From Okamejei kenojei (taxonomy: Eukaryota), in assembly GCA_035221665.1 (NCBI GenBank), contig CM069156.1, positions 29,388,001-29,452,000 of the forward strand: 64,000 bases of DNA. The letters are read 5' to 3'. A model generated the notes under the pieces. That model had not been told where the DNA came from and searched no databases. It saw nothing but the letters and a program-made list of their open reading frames with translations. The position numbers were made by a program, and so were the translations under genes. Of the stretch, positions 1 to 11,800 are shown piece after piece; position 1 is the first letter of the stretch, and each line of letters begins with the position of its first letter.

Positions 1-978
1 CATAGGTCTGTCAAAATGCCCAGCATGAGACTTTAGTGCTGAGATCTTTGCTCTTTGTAAGTTTTGATAATGCAATGGTCCATAATGTGCAGCTGGAAAT
101 GTAGCTACAAGTTTCCCAATTACCTTAGCAACATGTCGAATAGTCGTTTTTTTTTGGCACAAGCAAGGCTATTACATGCCTCTATTAAATCTGCCGTTTT
201 GTTATTTGTTAAAGTATTGGTCATGTGATTTGTGTTCATCGTGAAACCCAGATAATCCATTACGATAGAGGGTGTTAACTTTGATTTGTCTGGATGGATG
301 ACGAACCCCAGCTTTTGAAATAGTAACTTGGTGGCTGTCACAGCTAATTTAGCCAATTCCAAGGTTTTTCCCACAATCAAGATGTCATCAAGATAGGCCA
401 TCACTATGTGGTTTTGTTTTCGTAAAGACGCCAATGCCGGTTTCAATATTTTGGTAAATAACCTGGAAGCTGTTGTTAGTCCATTAGGCAGCGCTCTATA
501 CTGCCACAGCTGCCCCATCCAGACAAATTTCAAATATCTTCGGTGATCTTTATGTATAGGTACTGAATAGTATGCATCTTTTAGGTCGATGCAGGCCAGA
601 AGTACCCTCTGGAAATCAGTTGTTTGGCAGTTTCAAATGTTTCCATCTTGAGTGGGTATATTGCACAAAAGTATTCAGTTAAGTCAATAATAATACGACA
701 TCCACCATCTTTTTGGTTTTGGTAAAGATGTTCGATACAAACTCAAGAGGTTCATGTTTGGTTTTCTCTATTACTCCCTTAGCATATAATCTAAATAGCT
801 CTGCATGTCCCACTTTCTCTTTTTGAGAAAGCACAAATTTCTGGCTAGGTATATGTTGAACTGGAGGGAGGAGTTTGTTAATAAATTCAATTTTATAACC
901 CTGAATACTGTGTAATATAAAGAGGTCAGAAGTTATAGAGCTCCATGCATCCCCAAACAGGCGCAAACTGCCTCCCAC
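1..978 (-). pseudogene. DIRS reverse transcriptase, frameshifted
   Basis: ORFs 679-978 and 120-533 are pieces of one RT with the YLDD motif, joined through frameshifts. Confidence 0.85.
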
Positions 979-2224
979 TTGTGAGGTTATACATGCAGTA
1001 TTCCCAAGGGAACCAGACCCACACCTCCATGGTTACTGGTGGTGTTTGGTCTTCCGTCCTTGGTTCTTGGGAAGTGGAGGCGCTGTGGTGTGGGGTTGAG
1101 GCATTTTCCATGCAGGTCGCTCTGGGCCATGGCGTAAAAAAGACCTTTGTGAATATGGCGTGACCTTTGGGTTTCCACCCGTCACCCTGTCGGGGTGGAA
1201 GCGGGGCCTGTTGGGTGTTGCGTAGGGATGCTGCCATCGGTATGCTGGTGGCCTGCTGGTAGAAGGTGGTTTTATCATGCCCACTGCTTTGGCTTCCTCA
1301 TCGAGGTCCTTGACCTGTTTAGGCAGGTCATCCCCAAACAGCAAGTTCGGCGACGGCGTAGCGCTGGCTTTGCACAACCCCGCAAATTTGGGGTTGAGCA
1401 TGGGACGGATTGAGCTCTTCCTGAAACAATTGATTTCATATTGAGCGTTGCAGAACAGAGCTAACGCATCCTGCTGCTCTTCCGTCATGTCTGTACCATC
1501 AATGGACCTGACAAATGCAGTGATTCCTGCAGTTAGTAGTTTTAGAATTTTCTTAGTTTTCAATTCTTGTGCCCTGATGCTAGGGCTTATGTTCCCCCAT
1601 ATGGGAGTATTGAAGGTAGGCACATTCAGTGATATGCAGTTCTCCGGGGTCACATACTTGGCTGTGGTTTCGGTTATTACCTGCTCCTGTAGCTGGTGCG
1701 TAGTCAGGTAATTAATGTTTGTTGCTAACCGTGTCTGAAGTGGTTGTCCTTTCTGGGATGGCTGTGCAAATTTGGACACCATCCCCAAAGGTTCCTCTTC
1801 CTACATCCTATGCAATTTTGGATCTTCCGTCAACCCCTCAAGACCCTTCTGCACTCCGAGGAGGGAGAGATGTTGGACAGTCCTGGATAAGGAACTGTCA
1901 TGGACCTGTGTGATCCACGGGACCCATGCTCCTGCTGGAGTAGGTCTGTCTGGAGTAGTTGCTCCATCATCTGCTCCATGCGGGTAATGCAATCGCCATC
2001 CCTATCTGCGAACGGCAGATCGTCGTCCCCAGACTCAGCTGAGTCAATGGGGCCATGACCGCCAGTCCGTACTCTGTCGGGGTGGAGTCTACCGGTAGAA
2101 AGCCGGTGCCTGCTGCTCCAGCGGGGCTACGCGACTTCCACGCGGATCTACCGCCAGTCCGCGTCTTCCGGACTGAAGTTGTGGAGAGTCGGTGCCTGCC
2201 GTATGAACGGGGCTACACAAAATC

Positions 2225-3131
2225 TCCGATGAATATTTTTTATTAGTTGTAAATACATATTAATATAAAATACTTCTTACATACATTCATAATATTATTA
2301 ATATTAATATTAACATTTAAGACTTTATATTTCTATACTTTTTTTTTATTAAGTAAGAATAGAGAAAAATAATATAGAAAATAAGGAAGTGAATGGAGTA
2401 TTAAAAAGTTATCCATCGTTGGAGATATATCCATGATTTATTTTACGTAATTCTTCATCTATTCTATTATTCAGGCCTCAGTCAGGCCCTCGCACCGAAC
2501 CACTTTGACCCTGTAGATATTCAATATATGGAAACCATATCCCTCTGAAAAGATCCAACCTGTCCATTAGGACAAGCCTCAATCTTTCCAGATGGAGTGT
2601 CTCCGACATTTCTGTATTCCACATTTTGATTGTGGGGGATGTAGGACCTTTCCAGAATTTTAATATTAATTTTTTCCCAATTATTAAACTATAATCAATA
2701 AAAATTCTTTGATTCGTTGTTATTAATTGATCTGTTTCCAGTATTCCCAGTATTATTAACCTTGAGTCAAATGTCAGGTTCATATTAACAACATTCAAAA
2801 TTATCCTAAATATTTCTATCCAAAATTTTGTAATTTTTACGCAATTTGTAAATGAGTGTGTCAGATTAGCTTCTAAGTGCTGACATTTATCGCATATGGC
2901 AGATACATTTGGAAAAATGTTATATAGTTTGGATTTTGAGTAATGTAGTCTATGTAATATTTTAAATTGTATAAGAGAGTGTCTAGCATTTAACGAACAG
3001 CGGTGTATGTGTTGTAAACTTTCATCCCATACTTCTGGTCTGATAATTTGACCTAATTCGTTTTCCCATGATTGTCTATATATTTCTGTTAATGGGACAT
3101 CATTTTCCAATAGGATATTATAAATGTATGA
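2225..3131 (-). mobile_element. 5'-truncated L1-clade LINE (ORF2 C-terminus and 3' UTR)
   Basis: ORF 2478-3110: IQFKILHRLHYS, CDKC...HSFTNC zinc knuckle, FRGIWFPYIEYL end. Flanked by TACACAAAATC (2214-2224) and TACACGAAATC (3132-3142). Confidence 0.88.
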
Positions 3132-3139
3132 TACACGAA

Positions 3140-3540
3140 ATCAGCGCAGATTTACCGCCGGTCCGCGGTCTTCCGGACTGATGCGGTGGAAAGTCAGTGC
3201 CTGCCATATAAACGGGGCTACTGGACCTTCGTGCGGTTTTACCACCAGTCCGCAGTCTTCCGGACTGTCGCGGTGGTGAGTCGGGGCCTGGCGTATGAAC
3301 GGGGCTACCCAAATTCCGCACAGTTTTGACGCCAGTCCGCGGTCGTCCGGACTTAAGCGGTGGAGAGTCGGGGCCTGCCGTATGAACGGAGCTTCCCGAC
3401 TCCCGCCCGATCCTACCGCCAATCCGCAGTCTCCCGGACTGTAGCGGTGGAGAGTCGGGGCCTGCCGATAGAACGGGGCTACCCGACTTCCGCGCTGCCT
3501 TCCCGCCAGTCCGCGGTCCGGACTGCGGAACGGGGGCTGC
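3140..3540 (-). repeat. 87-bp coding tandem repeat (~4.5 units, plus ~1.5 units at 2085-2217)
   Basis: Unit GRxRTGGKxxRxSGSPVHTAGPDSPPxQS repeats in ORF 3118-3651; the same DNA unit occurs at 2141-2217. Confidence 0.9.
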
Positions 3541-4484
3541 CGTAAATTCAATGGCCTGCTCCGGGGAATTTGGCCGCTGAACTTTCTTCAAACTCTCCGT
3601 GGCATGCTTGGAAGCAGCCCTCTTCTTACTTCGAGCCTTCTCCATGCTCACGAAGTCTGGGTGCTCTGTAAAAGATTTAGAAAAACACAGAGCACCAAAC
3701 CAACATTAGTAAAACTTACCTGAGGGTCCTTTTTAAAGTGGCCGGTAGAGGAGCTGCGCTCCTCCCAGCTTGTTGGTTGCAATGCGAGCGACGATATGTC
3801 GCGCATGCGTGCTGGCGGGGTCTTCACGAAGTCACTCACGTGACTCTGAAGTAAAACAGCCTATTGCACTTTTACTGTTTATGTATTGTGTATATATATA
3901 TATATATGGTCTATGGTATATAGATACACTGAACTTTTATCTCCTGTTCTGTATTATGTTTACATATTCTGTTGTACTGCAGCAAGCAAGAATTTCATTA
4001 TCCTATCTGGGGCACATGACAATAAAACTCTCTTAACTCTTGACTTGGACTTAAGCAAAAAAGGGTTCTTGGGAAAAAAGAACTACCTTAAATTCAGTTG
4101 CGTCTGGTTGGGTAACTATGGGAGGGTGAAGACTATTCCATGCTTTAATTGTGCGGGGGAACCCCATGGAGCGGCCAGCATCTCTGGATAGAAGAAATTG
4201 GGTGACGTTTCGGGTAGAGACCCTTCTTTAGACTCCTTCTGGTTTTAGTGTTTTCAGTTTAATTTAAAGATACAGCGTGGAAACAGGCCCTTCGGCCCAC
4301 CGATCACCCGTATACTACACACGTTAGCGACGCAAGTCAAGAGTGTTTTATTCTCTCATGTCCCATTTTGAACAATTAAATCCTTACTTGCAGCAGCACA
4401 ACAGAAGATGTAAACATAGTACTCTGTACACAATGTTATAAACGAGAAAACAAAACAGTGTATATTTATATATGAATATATAAC

Positions 4485-4487
<3 letters not shown>

Positions 4488-4548
<61 letters not shown>
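4488..4548. repeat. (TG)n microsatellite
   Basis: About 30 TG units. Confidence 0.98.
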
Positions 4549-4552
<4 letters not shown>

Positions 4553-4734
4553 TTCACACAATTTCACTCCTGGGATTAATAAAGTTCTATCATATGGTAT
4601 CGTGTGTGTAGGAACTGCAGATGCTGGTGTAACCTGAAGATAGACACAAAAGCTGGAGTAACTCAACAGGTCAAACAGAATCTCTGGACAAAAGGAAAAT
4701 ATTACGTTTTGGGTTGGGACTGAAAAAGGTTCCT

Positions 4735-4890
4735 GCACACCTTTGGAATGTGGAAGGAAACAAGATCACGCGGAAAAAAACAATGCGATCAAAGGGAAAA
4801 GGAGCAAACTCCATACAGACAGCACCCATATTCAGGACCAATTCCGGGTCTCTGGCACTTTTAGGCAGCAACTTTATGACCAATGCACTG
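4735..4890 (-). mobile_element. HE1-type V-SINE, partial
   Basis: Reverse strand shows the V-domain-like GCTGTCTGTATGGAGTTTGCTCC...CACATTCCAAAG and a tRNA-like head. Confidence 0.7.
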
Positions 4891-5039
4891 CCCCATAGTC
4901 TTGAACTGAATTAAAACACACAATAGCTGTAAAGGGCATAGCATCACTTAGAGATTTATGACTGAAAATGGATAGTTTCTTTTTTTTAGTAACCAAAGTT
5001 ATCAACGTATAATTTTTTGTGTGTTGGAAAACAAAATAT

Positions 5040-5270
5040 AGTGGCACAGCTGGTAGACTTGCTGCCTCACACGCTAGAGATCTGTGTTCGATCCTGTCCT
5101 TGAGCACTGTCTGTGTTTAATTTGCACATTCTTCCTGCAAGCGTGTGGGTTTCCTCCCACATCCAAAAGACGCATTAGCTTTGTAGGTTAACTTGTCTCT
5201 GTAAAATTGCCCCTAATGTGTAGGGAGTGGGTGAGGAAAGTGGGATAACAGAACTTGTGTGAATGGGTGG
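5040..5270 (+). mobile_element. HE1-type V-SINE
   Basis: tRNA-like head (GTGGCACAGCTGGTAG...GTTCGATCC) and V-domain (TTTGCACATTCTTCC...GGGTTTCCTCCCACATCCAAAAGAC). Confidence 0.8.
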
Positions 5271-5720
5271 TAGACAACAAAACTGGAGAAAATCAGCAGG
5301 TGAGGCAGCATCTATGGAGCGAAGGAATAGGCGATGTTTCGGGTTGAGACCCTTCTTCAGACTGATATCGGGAGGGGGGGCGGGATAAAGAAAGGAAGAG
5401 GCGGAGACAGTAGGCTGTGGGAGAGCTGGGAATGGGAGGGGAAGGAGGGAGAAAGCAAGGACTACCTGAAATTGGAGAAGCCAATGTTCATACAGCTGGG
5501 GTGTAAACTACCCAAGCGAAATATGAGGTGCTGTTCCTCCAATTTGCAGTGGGCCTCATTCTGGCCATGGAGGAGGCCCAGGACAGAAAGGTCGGATTCA
5601 GAATGGGAGGGGGAGTTAAAGTGCTGAGCCACCAGGAGATCAGGTTGGTTATTGCGAACTGAGTGGAGGTGTTGTGCAAAGCGATCACCAAGCCTACGCT
5701 TGATCTCACCGAGGTTGATC
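5270..5720 (-). mobile_element. Penelope-like element (PLE), 3' fragment with pseudo-LTR
   Basis: ORF 5462-5722 (GEIKRRLGDRFAQHLHSV...VAQHFNS...EEQHLIFRLGSLHP..MNI) is the GIY-YIG C-terminal half; hammerhead-like motif at 5331-5363. Confidence 0.88.
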
Positions 5721-6316
5721 ATATGCTGAATAATCTAACCACATTTTTGTTTGGAAGGGGAAAGAAATAATAGAAATTCCATTCATTGCAACCTGTAAAA
5801 AGAGTTGAGATACTGTATATTAATTTTGCTGCATGTCATTGTGGTATATATGTCTTGATTGGTGAATATGTTTAGTTTGTGACTTTACTTGAAGCAGAAA
5901 TAATATGTGAATGCTCCATTGAGCATAATTCCGACTGGTCTTGGCTAAGCACATTATTGCACACGTCATGCAAGCCGTCTTAAATGACTACCTAAACTGT
6001 CATTTGACAACCTAAAAAGTTGCCTAGGTTGCCCGGCTGGAAACAGAGAAAACAAGTTAAGTGAGAGCCCCGTTTAGGAATTAAAATTGAGCTAGTTAAT
6101 TAAAATAATCTGGAATTCTAAAGCTAGTATCTGTATCAGTGGCAATAAAATAGTGGATTGTTCTTCAAACCAAAAAAAATCTTGCTGTCCGTATTCTGGC
6201 CACATCCGTGTAGTTGATACTTAACTTCTCTCCAAAATGTCTCAGGAAGTCACACAGTTGTACAAAACCACTTCATATGGTAGGAACGCCATCTCAAGGA
6301 CTAGAGCAATTCAAGA

Positions 6317-6910
6317 TGGACAAAAATGCTCGAGAAACTCAGCAGGTGAGGCAGCATCTATGGAGCAAAGGAAATAGGCAATGTTTCGGGTCGAGGCCCT
6401 TCTTCAGTCTGAAGAAGGGTCTCGACCTAAACTTTGCCTATTTCCTTCAATTCAATTCAATTCAATCTTCAATTGTCATTGTGCAGTGTACAATACAGAG
6501 ACAACGAAATGCAGTTGGTATCTCCGAAGGGCGAACTTACGAATAAACAAGTCATACTTCTACATATGCAGTGGTATCTGTGCAATTTGCTGGTGATTGG
6601 ATAGTCCGGGGGGGGGGGGGGGGGGGGGGGGGGGGTGAGGGGTAGAGACAGGTAAGGTGCAGCGTTGAGAAGTGTGACAGCCGCAGGGAAGAAGCTGTTC
6701 TTGAGCCTGCTGGTCCAGCAGCGTTGGGCGATCTTCACCACCCTCTGCAGAGCTTTCCGGTCGGCAACAGGGCAGTTACCATACCATACTGTGATAGTAT
6801 GGTACCATCACATACCATACTTCGCTCCATAGATGCTGCCTCACCCGCTGAGTTTCTCCAGCATTTTTGTCTACCTTTGATTTTCCAGCATCTGCAGTTC
6901 CCTCTTAAAC
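6317..6910. mobile_element. Fold-back PLE pseudo-LTR pair with a nested Rex1-like fragment
   Basis: Inverted arms centred on CTTCTTCAG-T-CTGAAGAAG at ~6408; 14-bp TSD AGAGCAATTCAAGA at 6303-6316 and 6911-6924. Confidence 0.85.
6449..6819 (-). mobile_element. Rex1/Babar LINE 3' fragment, internally deleted, (TTGAA)n tail
   Basis: Minus strand reads ITVWYGNCPVADRKALQRVVKIAQR joined to TSRLKNSFFPAAVTLLN. Confidence 0.8.
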
Positions 6911-8364
6911 AGAGCAATTCAAGAGGTGACTCTCAATTACTTTTCAAATGTTTTTAGACATGGGCAGTGAATGCTGGCACTGTGAAGGATGCCTATTTCC
7001 CAGTATTGAATTTATAAAAAACAAAAGGAATGTTGTCATTATTCATTATCTATAGACACTTTGTTTTAATGTGTAATCAGATTGGTCACTGTGTAAGTGT
7101 TTGATGGGCCAGTCTGCTTATAGCTGAAAGTCTTGCTCAGCAATAAACAACAATGTTTCTTCAATTTCCTCTCCCCAAAATCAGGGTAAAATGTACTCAT
7201 CATTCAGCATTACACCACATGGCTTGATGTTCATGAGTACCAGCAATGTTACTGGATCTATAATTCAAGGAATGGGATTCAAAATCCCACCCAATCCATG
7301 TAGGAATAAAAGTCCAGTATTGGGAATAGGACAACATGCAATAGCTGTAAAGATATCATTGCAATCCTAAACATTTTAGTAAAGGACCCAGTGTGGGACC
7401 ATATGTGACTGTCACTTGATCTTTCAAGTTAGCTTCTCACTTGTTTTGAGTTAAGACCACCAATGTTTTCATGACAAACGGATGGGCAATGAATGCCACC
7501 CTCATCTTGTCAGGAAAGTCTCAACAACGGGGAATAGATAAATTAATTGGTGGAGTAGCCCCACCAGGCTTTGATGCTTAAGAAAATCTTTCTGTTTAAT
7601 TTCACAAATTCTAATTTTTCTTGGCCTTGAAAAATCATTTCACAGAACATTTCAATCTCATCTGTTTTCTCTGACTAACAATTCATTTATTTAAAGATAA
7701 AAATATATTTTTTTAATTCCAAAATGCCACTGGGAATGACTCAGAGAGGAGATAGAGAATCACTGACAGTGGCAGATGCAGTTTGGCCCAAACTGTGTAT
7801 CTGTTTTATAGAAATTCTCTCACACAAAGACATAAAAAATGTACACAGGGTGAAATAAGCTCACGGGGAATGGAATTGAATTAGCGCAGTGAGTCAGAGA
7901 AAAGATCTGGCAGAAGAGTGAACTCATCATGTAGAGAACGTCGTGAGGTGATTAAAGAAGGAAGGGTAGAAAGTACTGGGTGTTGTACAGGCGAAGAAAT
8001 CTGCAAATGTCACAGCACCCCACCCCCTAGCAGGCTATGCAACGCACTACACCATGCAGAAGGGATGTGAAAATGCTGGAGAGATGCAGATATGGTTGAT
8101 CGTGTGAGGGATAAGTTACGAGAGCACCTTTTTAAATACAGTCTCTTCCCCTAAGCCTATTGAGACTTTTAAGGTAATTGTCATTAGTGTATATAAAATA
8201 ACAAGTTATGGGATGGGCTCCTTAAAGATATGGATGAGCAAGCTCATGAATGTTAAAAGATTGTTTGACCATTTGTCAACAAGCATTTACATTAATTAGC
8301 CAGACAACAGTAGTATTTAAAGAGGAAGGGGAGGGGCTTTGAGTATGGTAGTGAATAGATTAGC

Positions 8365-8760
8365 AATATACAACACTGTCATTTCTGGGTTTAGATGTTC
8401 CAGGTTCAAATATTGCTTACAAGATTTCAGCTTAAAACTCCAGGCTGACACTCCAGTGCATTACTGAGGGCTTGCTGCATTGTTGGAGGTGGCATCCTTT
8501 GGACAATATGTTAAACTGAGCCCATCTTCTCCTGGATGTACATGATCATAGTGAAGAAGGGTAGGGAAGTTCTCCCTGATGCCTTGACCAATATTTATAC
8601 CTCGGTTAACATGACAAAAAAATTATTGGGTCAGAACTGTTTGTTCAACCTTATACACAAATTATCCACTTTATTTCCTGAACAGTAACAGTGACCTCAC
8701 ATAATTTTCTCTACAGTGTACGGGACATTCTTAAGATGTGAAAGGTGCTAAAGAAATGCA
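8365..8760 (+). mobile_element. Degenerate SacSINE1-type DeuSINE
   Basis: CCAGGCTGACACTCCAGTGCATTACTGAGGG...GGAGGTGGCATCCTTTGGA...CCAATATTTATACCTC...GTGAAAGGTGCTA...AAATGCA resembles the recalled Deu-domain consensus. Confidence 0.7.
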
Positions 8761-9799
8761 TCAGCATTTGATGCATCAGCCTTTAGTGGGATCTCAGCGT
8801 TTGAGAAGAAGAAATTGAGGTGAACCAAATAAAAATTCTATAGTGAACTTTGCAACTCACTGTACCCATACACTGCATGACTTGTCCAGTCTGTCACTTC
8901 TCCAAAAATACACAAGAACTTTGACATTATCCAGGATAAAGTAGCCCACTTGATCGGATTTCCTTTCACCAATCTAAACATCTACCCCTTCCCCTCCACC
9001 AGTACACTTTGCCCACAATCTGTACCATCTGCATTGCTGTTACTCATCTTGGCTTCACCAACAATGACGCCAAAATACACAACCTCAATAGGACAACAAG
9101 GCATGAGTGCTTGGAATCCCGTCACTCATTGGTTCCTTCCAAGTTAAGCACCATCTTCACTTGAAAATATATTGCTTTTCTTCATTTTTGTTGGATCTAA
9201 ATCCTAAACTCCCTCTCCAATATTGTGGGGATATCTCCACTTGGGGCACTCCATTTCTATGTTTTCTCTCAACATCTTCTTAACAGCCTCTGCACAGTAA
9301 ACACATGAATGTGGAAAATTCTAGCAAGGTTTGACAGACTATTTGCAGGAAGGTTGTTGCCCCAGGCTATTTATCTAGATACAGGGGTCAGTCACAGAAT
9401 ATTTAGAACTAAAATGGGGAGAGATTTATCTATTCAAAAGGTGATAACCTGTGGAAATTCTCTATGACATAAGGGTGTGGAGGCCAAGTCATTATATATT
9501 TTTAAGAAATGTATTTCCAGGCAAAAAGGCATCAAGGAAATGAAATCTGAGATGCCACTAAGGGCCTCTCTTTCTAAAAGAAACCACGTTCTTTCCAGAT
9601 TACCAAGTATTCCTCACTCTAATATATTCCTCATAAAACACCACTGTTCTCATTTTGTTACCTGTTCCTATGATTTATGGGTTTAGTGTCAACTATGTTG
9701 TTTATTGCTACCTTAACTTTCACGTTGCCTTCTGTTGGGCCTAGAATAATCCAAGCTCCTACTTTTACCACCTCACTTTGCAGGAGGCACAGTCTGTAG

Positions 9800-11800
9800 G
9801 GTTCATCTCACAGCTGAAGTGCAAGGTCAAAGGGTCAGGCTTGTGACATGGGCAAGATTGAAAAAAGGATAGGGGTAAGATCATCAGGCCTTTGTTTTCA
9901 TTTTGACCACACCAGCACTTGTATTTATGTGGCAGGTTTAGCTGAATTTCTGATCAATTGTAATCCACCCCAGGGCATTGAGAGTTGCAGACAAGGCACT
10001 GAGTATTAATGGTAGGCAATCAATAAATATTGGAGATGGTTAATGTTTGACATATTTGTGGCACAAATGTAATTTACCATATACCATACACTGCCTGAAT
10101 GATAGAAATAAGGAATTGCAGAAGCTGATTTAAAGAAAAAAGACACAAAGTGCTGCAGCAATTCAGTTGGTCACGCAGCATCTCTGGAGATCATGAATAG
10201 GTGACATTTCGGGTTGGGACCCAGGAGCCCGAATGGTATATAGGTCCTGTTGCATGCAGGCACGGAATCCTTTATTAGCTGAGAAGCTGCAATTGAAATT
10301 GAATATAGTTAAATCGTCAATTAATATCCCTGCCTCTGATGATGGATGTTTTAAGGTCACTGAAGAAGCCTATGACACAGTCCCAAGGAACTCTTGCTGT
10401 GATGTCCAGGGGCTGGTTTGATTCGTCTTCGACAACTACAATCTTCTTTGTCCAAACATTGGAGTGTTTCCCCTTTTATGCGCATTGTTTCAGTTCAGCT
10501 ATGGTATCCTGATCCCACATTTAGTCAAATGCTTCTATGATATCAAAGGAGGTCCCTTTGACCAACCCCTAGAATTCAGCTCTTTGGTCCTTGTTTTCAT
10601 CAAGGCTGCCATGAGGTCTGAAGTCATGGTCTCAGCAAAAGTTAAAAAGGACATCAGTGAGTAGGTCAAGGAATAGAGTAGAATTAGGCCATTCGGCCCA
10701 TCAAGTCTACTCCGCCATTCAATTATGGCTGATCTATCTCTCCTAACCCCAATTCTCCTGCCTTCTCCCCATAATCTCTGACACCCATACTAATCAAACT
10801 ATTATTGCTGAGTAAGTGCTATTTGATGGCATTGTCAATTAAGGCATTCATCACTTTGGTGCTAAGTGTAGATGGAATGGGTGTAATTAGTCAGATTGGA
10901 TTTGTCATGTATTTTGTGAAAATGGGACATACTTGGTCAATATTCTGCACTGTCCAGCAGATTATCGTATTGGAACTGGAGTGTAGATCTTTAGTCCTAC
11001 AGTCTGGTTCCCTCATGTTTGCCTTACTCAGTGTCCTCTTCATTTCTTGATATCATGTGAAATGGCTTGAATGATAATGTGGGGCTTTTAAGAGGAAGCA
11101 ACATTTCTGTTCAGCATGATTGTGAAGGCTTCATCCTTTCTTTAGCATTCACGTGCTGGATCCCACTGTTGTTGAGGATAGGAATGTTCTTGGAGCCTCC
11201 TCCTCGGGTTAGCTATTTAATTACCAACAATCAATCACAAATAGACTTCTCCAATTTCAGGTAGTTCTTGCTTTCTCCCTCCTTCCCCTCCCCTTCCCAG
11301 CTCTCCCACAGCCCACTGTCTCCGCCTCTTCTTTTCTTCTTCCCACCCCCCCCACATCAGTCTGAAGAAAGGTCTCGACCCGAAACGTCACCTATTCCTT
11401 CGCTCCATAGATGCTGCCTCACCCGCTGAGTTTCTCCAGCATTTTTGCCTACCACAAATAGACGCAGTAGGGCTGCTAAACTTTGATATGATCCATTGCT
11501 TATGACATGGGTTTGCTTTTTCAGATGTTGCTCAGCACATGAGTGCTCCGTCCTATATTGTAGGTTCACAATGCTAGCATTTTTAGGCATGTCCGGTGCT
11601 ACTCCCGGAACTGCGTGCTTCACTGAACTAATGATGATTCCCTGGCGAGAGCAATGGTAGAATAAGGCCTATGCTCAACCATGAAGTTACAGACCATGAC
11701 AGTCTATATTTCTGCGACAACTGAATAAATGCCCAGTTTTGAGCTACCAGTTCTGTTCTGAATCTCTTCTATTTTTCACATCAGTAGTGCCATTAAAGAC
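9800..11800 (-). mobile_element. Highly decayed non-LTR retrotransposon with younger PLE and CR1 inserts
   Basis: RT-like remnants without an open frame; PLE pseudo-LTRs at ~10105-10225 and 11245-11455; CR1 3' tail at 10672-10795. Confidence 0.45.

Larger units (their letters stand above)
1033..3645 (-). pseudogene. DIRS ORF1/gag-like protein with an N-terminal 29-aa repeat region, disrupted
   Basis: ATG at 3645 (MEKARSKKR...), then the repeat array. After the L1 insert the frame resumes (SPVHTAGTDSPQLQS) and leads via frameshifts into 1033-1788 (YVTPENCISLNVP, LLFGDDLPKQVKDL). Confidence 0.7.
1..3856 (-). mobile_element. DIRS1-like (tyrosine-recombinase class) retrotransposon, 5' part; runs off the left edge; interrupted by an L1 fragment
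   Basis: Gag-like ORF (1033-1788) followed by a DIRS-type RT: GGSLRLFGDAWSSITSD...GYKIEF, IDLKDAYYSVPIH, LPNGLTTASRLFTKILKP, AYLDDILI. Putative 5' terminus TTTTACTTCAGAGTCACGTGAG at 3856. YR domain not in the window. Confidence 0.85.

Noticed and set aside
3140-3540. CRISPR-like array
   Set aside because: Eukaryotic context; units are contiguous with no unique spacers and keep a reading frame.
5725-6072. Possible DNA transposon end (...GAGAGCCCCG)
   Set aside because: No matching second TIR or TSD found, so it cannot be classified.
6608-6635. Poly-G tracts as functional G-quadruplexes (also 14516-14538)
   Set aside because: Homopolymers inside transposons with no independent sign of function.
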